DNA of 32,000 bases from Candidatus Iainarchaeum sp. (GTDB lineage Archaea; Iainarchaeota; Iainarchaeia; Iainarchaeales; GCA-2688035). The notes below the pieces were generated by a model. It did not search any database. It saw only the letters and a list, made by a program, of their open reading frames with translations, and was not told the DNA's origin. Below are positions 8,162 to 15,539 of the stretch, piece by piece. The number at the start of each line of letters is the position of its first letter. Positions within the stretch are counted from its first letter, which is position 1. Where the stretch lies: contig JAQTNI010000007.1 in NCBI GenBank assembly GCA_028713935.1, positions 5,262 to 37,261 of the forward strand. The letters are read 5' to 3'. The position numbers were made by a program, and so were the translations under genes.

Positions 8162-10201
8162 ATGGTTCAAAAGTTTTTGGAGTCTGTCAGGAAGCGCGAT
8201 GGTTCAATTGCCCCTTTTGATGCCAACAGGGTTACTGAAGCTATTTTTTCCGCTGCAAAGGCTGTCGGCGGCACTGACAGGAAAATTGCTGAGCAATTAG
8301 GCGAAAAAGTAGTCCATTCCCTGAAGAAAAAATTTGGCACAAAAATCCCTGAAGTTGAGGAAATCCAGGATGCGATTGAAAAAGAGCTTATTGAGGCTGG
8401 CCATGCGAAAACAGCCAAGGCATTTATTCTTTACCGCACCAAAAGGGCTGAGCTGCGCGAAGCAAGCGCTTTTTTGAAAAAAATTTCCAGCATTGTTGAT
8501 GGTTATGTTTCCTGTTCTGATTGGCGTGTTTTGGAGAACAGCAATGCGGGCTATTCTCTTTCGGGAATGCAGGCCCATATTTCCGCTGCTGTTATTGCTG
8601 AATACACTTTGAGGAATATTTATCCTGAAGAAATTTCGAGTGCGCACAGGAACGGGGATTTTCATATTCATGATCTGGGAAATGGTGTTTTTTCAGGTTA
8701 TTGTGCTGGCTGGTCTCTTGGGCAATTGCTTGAGCTTGGCTTTAATGGTGTGCCTGGCAGAATTTCCGCAAAGCCGGTTAAGCATTTTAATGCTGCGCTT
8801 GGCCAGATAGTGAATTTTATGGGCACTTTGCAGAATGAATGGGCTGGTGCACAGGCTTTCAATAGCTTTGACACTTATCTTGCGCCTCTTGCAGCAAAGG
8901 ATAATCTTTCTTATAAGCAGATAAAGCAGTCTTTGCAGGAATTTATTTTTGCAACCAATGCAACAAGCAGATGGGGAAACCAGGTTCCTTTCACTAACAT
9001 TACAATGGACTGGACAGTTCCGGAGGACATGAAGGACGACCCTGTTCTTTATGGCGGGGAATACCTTGAGAATGAAACTTATGCTGTTTACCAGAAGCAA
9101 GTTGAGCAAATCAACAAGGCTTTTTTGGAAATAATGGCTGCAGGGGACATGCATGGAAGGGTTTTTACTTTTCCAATTCCAACTTATAATATTACAAGGG
9201 ATTTTGAATGGAATTCAGAAGCCGCAAACCTTTTGTTTGAAATGACTGCAAAATATGGAATTCCTTATTTCCAGAATTTTGTGAACAGTGCATTGAAGCC
9301 AGGCGATGTCAGGTCAATGTGCTGCCGCTTGCAGTTGAACCTGAAAGAACTGAAAAGCAAGACCGGCGGCTTGTTTGGCAGCGGTGACAAAACAGGCAGC
9401 ATTGGCGTTGTTACAATTAACATGCCAAAAATCGGTTATCTGGCAAAAGATGATTCTGATTTTTTTGAAAGGCTTGAGCAATTAATGTATCTTGCAAAGG
9501 AAAGCCTTGAAATAAAAAGAAAAGAGGTTTCAAAAAACCTTGAAAACGGGCTTTTGCCTTGGAGCAAGCGTTATTTGGGAACACTTGACTATCACTTTTC
9601 AACTATTGGGCTTGTTGGAATGAACGAAGCCTGCCTCAATTTTTTTGATGAAGGCATTGCAACAAAACAGGGAAGGGATTTTTCATTGAAAACACTTGAA
9701 TTCATGAGAAACAGGCTTCAGGAATTCCAGCAGGAAACAGGCCATATTTATAATCTGGAAGCTACTCCTGCAGAGGGCACTTCTTACAGGCTTGCAAGAA
9801 TTGACAAAAAGCTTTATCCTGAAATCAAGACAGCCGGAACAAAAGAATCTTATTACACCAATTCAACTCAATTGCCAGTGAATTTCACTGACGATATTTT
9901 TGAGGCTTTGCAGCACCAGGACGAATTGCAGTCCAAATACACTGGGGGCACTGTCCTGCATGGCTTTTTGGGAGAAGCCGTTTCAGATGCAGAGGCCTGC
10001 AAAAAGCTTGTGAAAAAAATTGCTTATTCTTTCAAGCTGCCGTATTACACTATCACTCCAACCTTTAGCATTTGCCCTGTTCATGGTTATATCAAGGGGG
10101 CGCATTTCAATTGCCCAGTTGAATTAAACGGCAACCAAGCAAACGGAGGTGAAACCCAATGGCAGTCTGCAACAGTAAAACTGAAGTCTATAGCAGAGTA
10201 G
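8162..10201 (+). CDS. nrdD: anaerobic (class III) ribonucleoside-triphosphate reductase NrdD, large fragment lacking the glycyl-radical motif
   Basis: N-terminal ATP-cone (VRKRDGSIAPFDANRVTEAI..) and NrdD core (..DVRSMCCRLQL.., ..PYYTITPTFSICPVHGYIKGAHFNCPV). After CPV (10112-10120) the frame no longer matches NrdD and runs 27 non-homologous codons to TAG. Confidence 0.9.
   Translation: MVQKFLESVRKRDGSIAPFDANRVTEAIFSAAKAVGGTDRKIAEQLGEKVVHSLKKKFGTKIPEVEEIQDAIEKELIEAGHAKTAKAFILYRTKRAELREASAFLKKISSIVDGYVSCSDWRVLENSNAGYSLSGMQAHISAAVIAEYTLRNIYPEEISSAHRNGDFHIHDLGNGVFSGYCAGWSLGQLLELGFNGVPGRISAKPVKHFNAALGQIVNFMGTLQNEWAGAQAFNSFDTYLAPLAAKDNLSYKQIKQSLQEFIFATNATSRWGNQVPFTNITMDWTVPEDMKDDPVLYGGEYLENETYAVYQKQVEQINKAFLEIMAAGDMHGRVFTFPIPTYNITRDFEWNSEAANLLFEMTAKYGIPYFQNFVNSALKPGDVRSMCCRLQLNLKELKSKTGGLFGSGDKTGSIGVVTINMPKIGYLAKDDSDFFERLEQLMYLAKESLEIKRKEVSKNLENGLLPWSKRYLGTLDYHFSTIGLVGMNEACLNFFDEGIATKQGRDFSLKTLEFMRNRLQEFQQETGHIYNLEATPAEGTSYRLARIDKKLYPEIKTAGTKESYYTNSTQLPVNFTDDIFEALQHQDELQSKYTGGTVLHGFLGEAVSDAEACKKLVKKIAYSFKLPYYTITPTFSICPVHGYIKGAHFNCPVELNGNQANGGETQWQSATVKLKSIAE
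10116..10162 (+). other. 47-nt intervening sequence inside nrdD (boundaries ambiguous within the CAGT repeat: start 10116-10120, end 10162-10166)
   Basis: Deleting 47 nt joins TGC CCA GT|C TGC AAC AGT AAA ACT GAA GTC TAT AGC AGA GTA GTC GGC TAT. This reads CPVCNSKTEVYSRVVGY, the canonical NrdD zinc-ribbon and glycyl-radical C-terminus in one frame. Confidence 0.8.
10145..10152 (+). promoter_or_regulatory. Shine-Dalgarno GGAGGTGA, 6 nt upstream of ATG 10159
   Basis: Perfect 8-mer of the GGAGGTGA type. Other genes in this window use GGTG-type SDs at similar spacing (7366, 11411, 13801, 15540). Confidence 0.7.
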
Positions 10202-10308
10202 TCGGCTATTTAAGGCCTGTCCAGGCATGGAATGCAGGAAAACAGGAAGAATTCAGGGACAGAAAAACCTTTTCAGAAGCAAAGGCACTTGAAAAATGCA
10301 AGGAATAA
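10159..10308 (+). CDS. 49-aa ORF encoding the NrdD glycyl-radical C-terminal motif
   Basis: MAVCNSKTEVYSRVVGYLRPVQAWNAGKQEEFRDRKTFSEAKALEKCKE. RVVGYLRPVxxWNxGKxxEFxxR is the class III RNR glycyl-radical signature. It lies in the +2 frame relative to the large ORF and is below the ORF-track size cutoff. Confidence 0.8.
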   Translation: MAVCNSKTEVYSRVVGYLRPVQAWNAGKQEEFRDRKTFSEAKALEKCKE

Positions 10309-10349
10309 TTTTTTTTAATTTTACTTTCAAATTTTTTCTTTTTTGATTT

Positions 10350-11063
10350 TTGGGTGTTTGTTTGCCGCTTGTTTTTAAGGGATTGCAGAAAACCACTTTG
10401 ATTGATTTTCCTGGGCAGATTGCCTGCACTTTTTTCCTGCCAAAATGCAATTTCAAATGCGGTTTTTGTTATAACCCAAACCTTGTTTTTGATGAGGAAA
10501 CAGGCACAAGAATTTCCGAAAAAGAGGCTCTTGCTTTTCTTGATGAAAGAAAAAACTTTTTGGACGGGGTATGCATTTCCGGCGGAGAGCCCACTCTGCA
10601 TCCAGGCCTTCCGGAATTTTGTGCAAAAATCAAGGAAAAAGGCCTGCTTGTGAAGCTTGATACGAATGGTTCAAATCCTGAAATGTTGAAAAGCCTGATT
10701 GAAAAAAATCTTGTTGATTTTGTTGCAATGGACATCAAGGCTTCAAAGGAAAAATATTCCCTTGTTTGCGGGGCAAAAATTGATTTGGAAAAAATTTCCG
10801 AAAGCATTGGACTCATAAGAAAATCCGGAATTGATTATGAATTCAGGGCAACTGTTGTGCCATTGCTTGAAGAAAAAGACTTGTTGGAAATTGGCGAATG
10901 GCTTAAGGGAAGCAAAAAATTTGTTTTGCAGCAGTTCCACAATGAAATGCCGCTTCTTGGAAAAAACCTGCAAAAGCTTTCCCCTTATTCTCCTGAACAA
11001 TTAAAAAAATTTGCGGAAAAATTAAAGCCTTTTTTTGGAAAAATTGAAGTAAGGGGAATTTAG
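10350..11063 (+). CDS. nrdG: anaerobic ribonucleotide reductase activating protein (radical SAM) NrdG
   Basis: CNFKCGFCYN CxxxCxxC radical-SAM motif preceded by LIDFPGQIACTFFL. GGEPTL motif present. The start (TTG at 10350, 10362 or 10383) is uncertain. Confidence 0.85.
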   Translation: MGVCLPLVFKGLQKTTLIDFPGQIACTFFLPKCNFKCGFCYNPNLVFDEETGTRISEKEALAFLDERKNFLDGVCISGGEPTLHPGLPEFCAKIKEKGLLVKLDTNGSNPEMLKSLIEKNLVDFVAMDIKASKEKYSLVCGAKIDLEKISESIGLIRKSGIDYEFRATVVPLLEEKDLLEIGEWLKGSKKFVLQQFHNEMPLLGKNLQKLSPYSPEQLKKFAEKLKPFFGKIEVRGI

Positions 11064-11127
11064 CTGAAAACAAGGCTTTTTTAAGGTTCTGGAACAATTT
11101 TTTATGTGGTTTTATGCCTTCTAAAAA

Positions 11128-11180
11128 GCCTTTTCTTAAAAAGAAAAGCCTTGGGAAAAGAAAAGCAAATGAAAAGCAGG
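11128..11180 (-). repeat. hairpin-repeat family 1, copy d (reverse orientation)
   Basis: Plus strand reads CTTTTCT-taaaa-AGAAAAG then CCTTGGGAAAAGAAAAG. This is the reverse complement of the core CTTTTC-CCAAGG-CTTTTC plus hairpin seen at 16526, 25587 and 28434. Confidence 0.7.
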
Positions 11181-11200
11181 CTGGGCTTGTTACTGGGGAA

Positions 11201-11398
11201 ATGACTTTTGCAGAGCTTACAAGCAGGCATCCTGCTGCTATTCCAATTCTTTTTGAATATGGCTTGCACTGCATTGGCTGCCATGTTTCTGCTTTGGAGA
11301 CAATTGAACAGGGCGCTCTGGCCCACGGCCTGTCAGAAGAGCAATTAAAAGAAATGCTTGGAAAAATCAATGGTGTTTCAAAAACTTCAAAAAATTAG
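11201..11398 (+). CDS. DUF1858-type redox-disulfide (CxxC) small protein
   Basis: MTFAELTSRHPAAIPILFEYGLHCIGCHVSALETIEQGALAHGL.. matches the hybrid-cluster-protein-associated redox disulfide domain pattern. The listed ORF start 11114 runs through repeat copy d and is probably not coding. Confidence 0.65.
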   Translation: MTFAELTSRHPAAIPILFEYGLHCIGCHVSALETIEQGALAHGLSEEQLKEMLGKINGVSKTSKN

Positions 11399-11410
11399 CA
11401 AGGTGGTTCA

Positions 11411-11590
11411 ATGGAAAGGCCCTATATTGATTATGGAAAATGCAATGGCTGCGGGACATGCATAAATGTCTGCCCTGTAAGCGTTTTTGCAAAGGAAGCC
11501 AAGAAAACAGTTGTAAAAAACCCCAGCGAGTGCATTCAATGCAGGGCTTGCGAAGCGAGCTGTCCGCAGAAGGCAATTCAGGTAAAGTAA
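11411..11590 (+). CDS. 4Fe-4S dicluster ferredoxin (59 aa, below ORF-track cutoff)
   Basis: MERPYIDYGKCNGCGTCINVCPVSVFAKEAKKTVVKNPSECIQCRACEASCPQKAIQVK has two CxxCxxCxxxCP motifs. AGGTGG SD sits 5-6 nt upstream. Confidence 0.8.
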   Translation: MERPYIDYGKCNGCGTCINVCPVSVFAKEAKKTVVKNPSECIQCRACEASCPQKAIQVK

Positions 11591-11642
11591 CTGATTTATT
11601 GTGGAATCAGAAGGCATTAGCGGTTTTATTAAGATTCTAGAG

Positions 11643-11697
11643 TTTCTTTCTTTTGGCAACTTACATTTTCTTTCTTTTTCAAAGAAAGAAAAGGCAG
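11643..11697 (-). repeat. composite repeat family 2, copy A (simple form)
   Basis: Reverse complement reads CTGCCTTTTCTTTCTT-tgaaa-AAGAAAGAAAATGTAAGTTGCCAAAAGAAAGAAA. This is near-identical to the two arms of the element at 30168-30274. Confidence 0.75.
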
Positions 11698-11711
11698 GTT
11701 TAGTGTAATGC

Positions 11712-12986
11712 ATGCATGAAATTTTTTTTACTGCGCTTGGTGGAGCCAAAGAAGTTGGCAAAAGCTCTCTTTTAATTGATTATGGCGAAAAAATCCTTTT
11801 TGACAGGGGAGTAAAATTAAATGCAAGGAAAACAGAGTATCCCTTGCCTGTCACAACAAATCTTGATGCAGTTATAATTTCACATGCACATTTGGACCAT
11901 AGCGGAAGCCTGCCGCACCTGTTTTTGCAGTCCAATGTAATAAGCTTTTTGACTGTTTCAACTCTTGACCTTGCAAAATTGCTCTGGTTTGACTCTTTGA
12001 AAATCGCAGGCTTGGAGTCAATGGCTCCTGAATGGACAAAAGAAGAAATTCATAAGGCTGAAAAATTTTCTTTTCCGACCCATTACAAAAAAAATATTCA
12101 GATAACAAAAGAAGCGCATCTCGAGTTTTTTGATGCGGGGCATATTCTTGGAAGCGCTATTTCTGTGCTTTCGCTTAAGCGCCAGAAAATTGTTTATACT
12201 GGGGATTTCAAGTTTTTGGAAACAAGGCTTCATCATGGCGCAGACTTAAGCAGGATTAAAAACACTGATATCCTGATAACAGAGTCAACTTATGGAGACA
12301 GGGAACATCCTCCAAGAAAAGAAGTTGAAAAGCTTTTTGTTGAAAAAGTTGTGGACACTCTTGATAAAGGCGGGCATGTTCTTGTGCCTGCTTTTGCAAT
12401 TGGCAGGAGCCAGGAAATAATTGACATCTTGCATGAATACAAAATCGGCGCGCCTGTTTTTTTTGACGGAATGGGCCAAAAGGCAGCAAAAATAATGCTT
12501 GACCATCCAGACCTGCTTAAAGATGCGCGTTTTCTAAGGAAAGCGCTTTCAAATGCAATCTGGGTCAGGAATCCTTCTTTCAGGAAAAAAGCCTTGAAAG
12601 AGCCGAGCGTTATTGTTACAACTGCTGGCATGCTTTCCGGAGGCCCGGTTGGTTATTACCTGAAAGAAATTTACAAGAACAGTGACAGTGCTGTTCTTCT
12701 CACTGGCTATCAGGTTGAGGGAACTCCTGGCAGGCAGTTGCTTGAAACAGGCAAAATTGAGGTTGATGGTTCCCTTCTTGATGTTGCCGCCCATGTTGAA
12801 AAATTTGATTTTTCAGCGCATGCTGACCAGGCTGAAAGCATCCAGGCAATAAGAAAGCTTTCGCCAAAAAAAATTGTCCTTGTCCATGGTGATGCAGAAG
12901 TGATGCCTGTTTTTAAAAAGAAAATACTGGAAGAAACAGGCATTGAAACAGTTGTTCCAAGCATTGGCGAAAGAATAAAATTGTAG
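11712..12986 (+). CDS. beta-CASP metallo-beta-lactamase ribonuclease (aCPSF2-like, no KH domains)
   Basis: 424 aa. HAHLDHSG (HxHxDH), DAGHILGSA, TGDFK, ESTYG, GRSQE, ..FSAHADQ.. and VHGD motifs appear in beta-CASP order. Confidence 0.85.
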   Translation: MHEIFFTALGGAKEVGKSSLLIDYGEKILFDRGVKLNARKTEYPLPVTTNLDAVIISHAHLDHSGSLPHLFLQSNVISFLTVSTLDLAKLLWFDSLKIAGLESMAPEWTKEEIHKAEKFSFPTHYKKNIQITKEAHLEFFDAGHILGSAISVLSLKRQKIVYTGDFKFLETRLHHGADLSRIKNTDILITESTYGDREHPPRKEVEKLFVEKVVDTLDKGGHVLVPAFAIGRSQEIIDILHEYKIGAPVFFDGMGQKAAKIMLDHPDLLKDARFLRKALSNAIWVRNPSFRKKALKEPSVIVTTAGMLSGGPVGYYLKEIYKNSDSAVLLTGYQVEGTPGRQLLETGKIEVDGSLLDVAAHVEKFDFSAHADQAESIQAIRKLSPKKIVLVHGDAEVMPVFKKKILEETGIETVVPSIGERIKL

Positions 12987-13011
12987 TTTGAACATATTTG
13001 AAATAGTTTTT

Positions 13012-13791
13012 ATGACAATTTTACGCATTTTACTCGAATCACTTGTTTTGCTGAAAAGCCAGCCCAAGCTTTTTTTGCCAAAAATAATAGTCGCCTTTTT
13101 ATTCGGGGCTGCGCTGCTGTTAACCGCACAATTGTTCCTGAAAGGGCCTTTAACCCAGGCTCTTTCTCCAAATTATAATTTTTGCAGTGAATTGGATTGC
13201 GTTACGTTTATTGCAGAAACACTTTTGCTCCTGGTTTTTATTTCCATTATTATCATCATAGATATTTTTACAAATGCCATGTATCCCGCAATGGTAAGGG
13301 ATTTTTTCAATAAAAAGAAAATTTCTTTCAGGTCTGCTTTTGGCTCGCTTAAGGGCAAAAAAATCAAGATTTTTTTGTCAATAATCCTGATTGAATTGCT
13401 GCTCTGGCTTCCGTTTGTTTTGCTTGCAGAAGTCCTGATTTTTACAAACAATAAGCTGTTTTTATATCTTTTTATAGTGGTTTTCCTTGTAATTTACCTT
13501 GCGCTTGCAACTATTTTTTATTTCGCATACCCTGTGCTTGTTATTGGCGAAAATTTTTTCCTTAAAATGTTTTCTGAAGCCTTCAGGATGAGCCATGGAA
13601 AGGGCTCAAAAATCATTGTTTTTTCTTTTCTGCCTTTTTTCATTTCAATTCTAAGTTTTTTATTGGCTTTTCTTGCAAGAGACCCTGGCTTTCTTTTGTT
13701 GTTTATCCTGGTTCGTTTCTTAATGGCTTTGCTGCAGACCTATCACATGGTTTTGAATCCAAGCATTTTTTTGAAATACTCCGAATTATAG
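13012..13791 (+). CDS. polytopic membrane protein, unknown function
   Basis: About 6 hydrophobic helices. The ORF opens at TTG 12988; the first ATG is at 13012. Confidence 0.5.
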   Translation: MTILRILLESLVLLKSQPKLFLPKIIVAFLFGAALLLTAQLFLKGPLTQALSPNYNFCSELDCVTFIAETLLLLVFISIIIIIDIFTNAMYPAMVRDFFNKKKISFRSAFGSLKGKKIKIFLSIILIELLLWLPFVLLAEVLIFTNNKLFLYLFIVVFLVIYLALATIFYFAYPVLVIGENFFLKMFSEAFRMSHGKGSKIIVFSFLPFFISILSFLLAFLARDPGFLLLFILVRFLMALLQTYHMVLNPSIFLKYSEL

Positions 13792-13800
13792 GTGAAAAAA

Positions 13801-14496
13801 ATGTCTGCTTTGTTCTGCCCTGGCTGCGGCTCCACTAATGGCCCTTTTTTCAAGGGCTTATGCAGGGATTGTTTTCTGAAAAAGCATTCCCTTTTTGAGC
13901 TTCCGCCAAAAACAGTGATTAAGCGCTGCAAAACCTGCGGAAGAATACTTTTTTTGGGAAAATGGCTGAACCAGGAAAACAGCCTGCTTGAAAAAATAAT
14001 TGAAAAAAACATGAAAATTTTTGAATTGGAAAATCCAAAGCTTAAGATTTCCTTTTCTCCGGAAGAAAAAGGAAAAATCCTTGCAAAAGCCGCTCTTTCC
14101 GGAGAAATCTGCTCAAATAAAATTGAACAGGAAAAAGAGGCGATTATTGAATTCACGAGCAGCCTTTGCGATTCCTGCATGAAAGTTGTTTCAAATTATT
14201 ACGAGGCGACAATACAGCTGCGGTTTGAAAAAAAAGAAACCGGAGAAAAAATTGTTGCAGAAATTGAAAAGCTGCTTTCTTCGCTTTCAGGCGAGGATTT
14301 GCTTGCAAAAATTGTTTCCGCAAAAAAGCAAAAAACCGGGATTGATTTGGTGTTAGGGTCTAACAAGAGCGCTTCAAAAATAGCAAAGGCAATTGCCACA
14401 AAGTACAATGCAAAATTAGTTGTCTCATACAAGCAGGCAAAAGGCGGAACAAGGGACGAAGCAAAAAAAAGATTCACTTACTGCATAAGAATTTGA
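13801..14496 (+). CDS. NMD3-family (archaeal 60S export factor homolog) zinc-ribbon protein
   Basis: N-terminal CPGCG..LCRDCF...CKTCGR cysteine clusters and a later CDSC, as in archaeal NMD3 homologs. AGGTGA SD upstream. Confidence 0.65.
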   Translation: MSALFCPGCGSTNGPFFKGLCRDCFLKKHSLFELPPKTVIKRCKTCGRILFLGKWLNQENSLLEKIIEKNMKIFELENPKLKISFSPEEKGKILAKAALSGEICSNKIEQEKEAIIEFTSSLCDSCMKVVSNYYEATIQLRFEKKETGEKIVAEIEKLLSSLSGEDLLAKIVSAKKQKTGIDLVLGSNKSASKIAKAIATKYNAKLVVSYKQAKGGTRDEAKKRFTYCIRI

Positions 14497-14503
14497 GTCC
14501 TGT

Positions 14504-15214
14504 TTATGCTTCGAATTTTTTTAGTGCCGCAATTATTTCTTCAACGGGTTTTTTTGTTATTATTACAGGGATTTTTTCGGATTCGGCTATTTTTATTGCA
14601 ATAGGGTCAACTGTTTCGGCTTCAAGGTTTCCGTGCAGGACAACTATTGCGGGTTTCATGTCAGTGCTGAACCTGCCGATTTTGACTGCAATCAATGGGC
14701 TTCTGCCGTTTTCAACAAACCTGAAAATCAGTGCCCTTTCTGGTGTTTTGCCGTACAAAAGCATGTATTCGTGCACTGGAATCTCAAGGATTACTTTTAA
14801 TGAATCAATAATGCTGTAACCATAAATCTGTGTTTCTTTCAGCCTTGAGGGATTTGCAACGCATTGCCCTTCAATTATTTTTGCGAATTCAGGGCCTTTT
14901 AATGCCGAGCCAAATTCGTGTGCCTGGAATGCTGCTTCTTTCGGCTTAAAGTCCTTGTCAAGTTGCTTTACAATTTTTCCGCCGCGGTTCTTGTCTATTT
15001 CCATTAAGGCTGAAACAAGCCTGCTAATTATCCCTATGCCTGGGCTTTTTCTCCTGCCTCCTTCATAATCGGAAATAGTGCTGTTGCTTACTTTTAAAAA
15101 ATCAGCCAGTTCTGTCTGTGAAATTCCGAATATTTCGCGCCATTTTTTCATGCTTCCGCCAGGGTCTTTGCTCAGGCAGATTTCCCCTGCAATAGTATTT
15201 TCCAATTGGTCCAT
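14504..15214 (-). CDS. XRE-type HTH transcriptional regulator with C-terminal uncharacterised domain (COG1395-like)
   Basis: WREIFGISQTELADFLKVSNSTISDYEGGRR is a classic HTH_3 motif. The remainder is a conserved-looking alpha/beta domain. Confidence 0.7.
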   Translation of the reverse strand: MDQLENTIAGEICLSKDPGGSMKKWREIFGISQTELADFLKVSNSTISDYEGGRRKSPGIGIISRLVSALMEIDKNRGGKIVKQLDKDFKPKEAAFQAHEFGSALKGPEFAKIIEGQCVANPSRLKETQIYGYSIIDSLKVILEIPVHEYMLLYGKTPERALIFRFVENGRSPLIAVKIGRFSTDMKPAIVVLHGNLEAETVDPIAIKIAESEKIPVIITKKPVEEIIAALKKFEA

Positions 15215-15539
15215 AAATTCAACTCGGTTAGTAAATTAGGGCAAAACACGTTTTTAAGGCTTTCAATTCCAAAAAATTTTGCAATCAGGCAGTCAGCTGA
15301 ACAATTCAAAAATTTTTACTAACAAATCGGGCCAAATAAAAAATAACACAAACATTGCAACAACTATGAGACAGACAATTATTGCAATTATTGTGTCAAA
15401 ACCGCCTGATTTTCCCAATGTTCCGCCTCTTTTGTTATATTGTGGCTGGCTTGAATTTTAAAATTAGTGGTTTACACTCAAGTTTAAAATCTCTTTTGCC
15501 CCTGATGTTAATAGCAAATAAAAATTAGGGTGGTTAAAA

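Noticed and set aside
10112-10164. Alternative nrdD pairing TGCC (10112-10115) with GGCA (10161-10164) as a BHB central helix
   Set aside because: Symmetric cleavage around this helix would remove 49 nt, which does not restore the reading frame. The ATTG/CAAT register (47 nt) is the only frame-restoring one.
10903-11370. 155-aa minus-strand ORF across the nrdG end, repeat copy d and DUF1858
   Set aside because: It covers recognisable plus-strand genes and a non-coding repeat. No motif.
11408-11761. 117-aa minus-strand ORF, with its look-alike at 30150-30338(+), sharing KERKCKLPKERN
   Set aside because: The shared peptide is the translation of composite repeat family 2. The plus strand of 11411-11590 encodes a clear 2x[4Fe-4S] ferredoxin.
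14493-14819. 108-aa plus-strand ORF
   Set aside because: It lies antisense to the XRE-type regulator. It is a hydrophobic low-complexity shadow.
15279-15461. 60-aa plus ORF and an alternative 41-aa minus-strand TM peptide (TTG start) in the regulator/SPFH spacer
   Set aside because: Both are short, lack ATG plus SD support, and neither resembles NfeD, the usual SPFH partner. Left unannotated.
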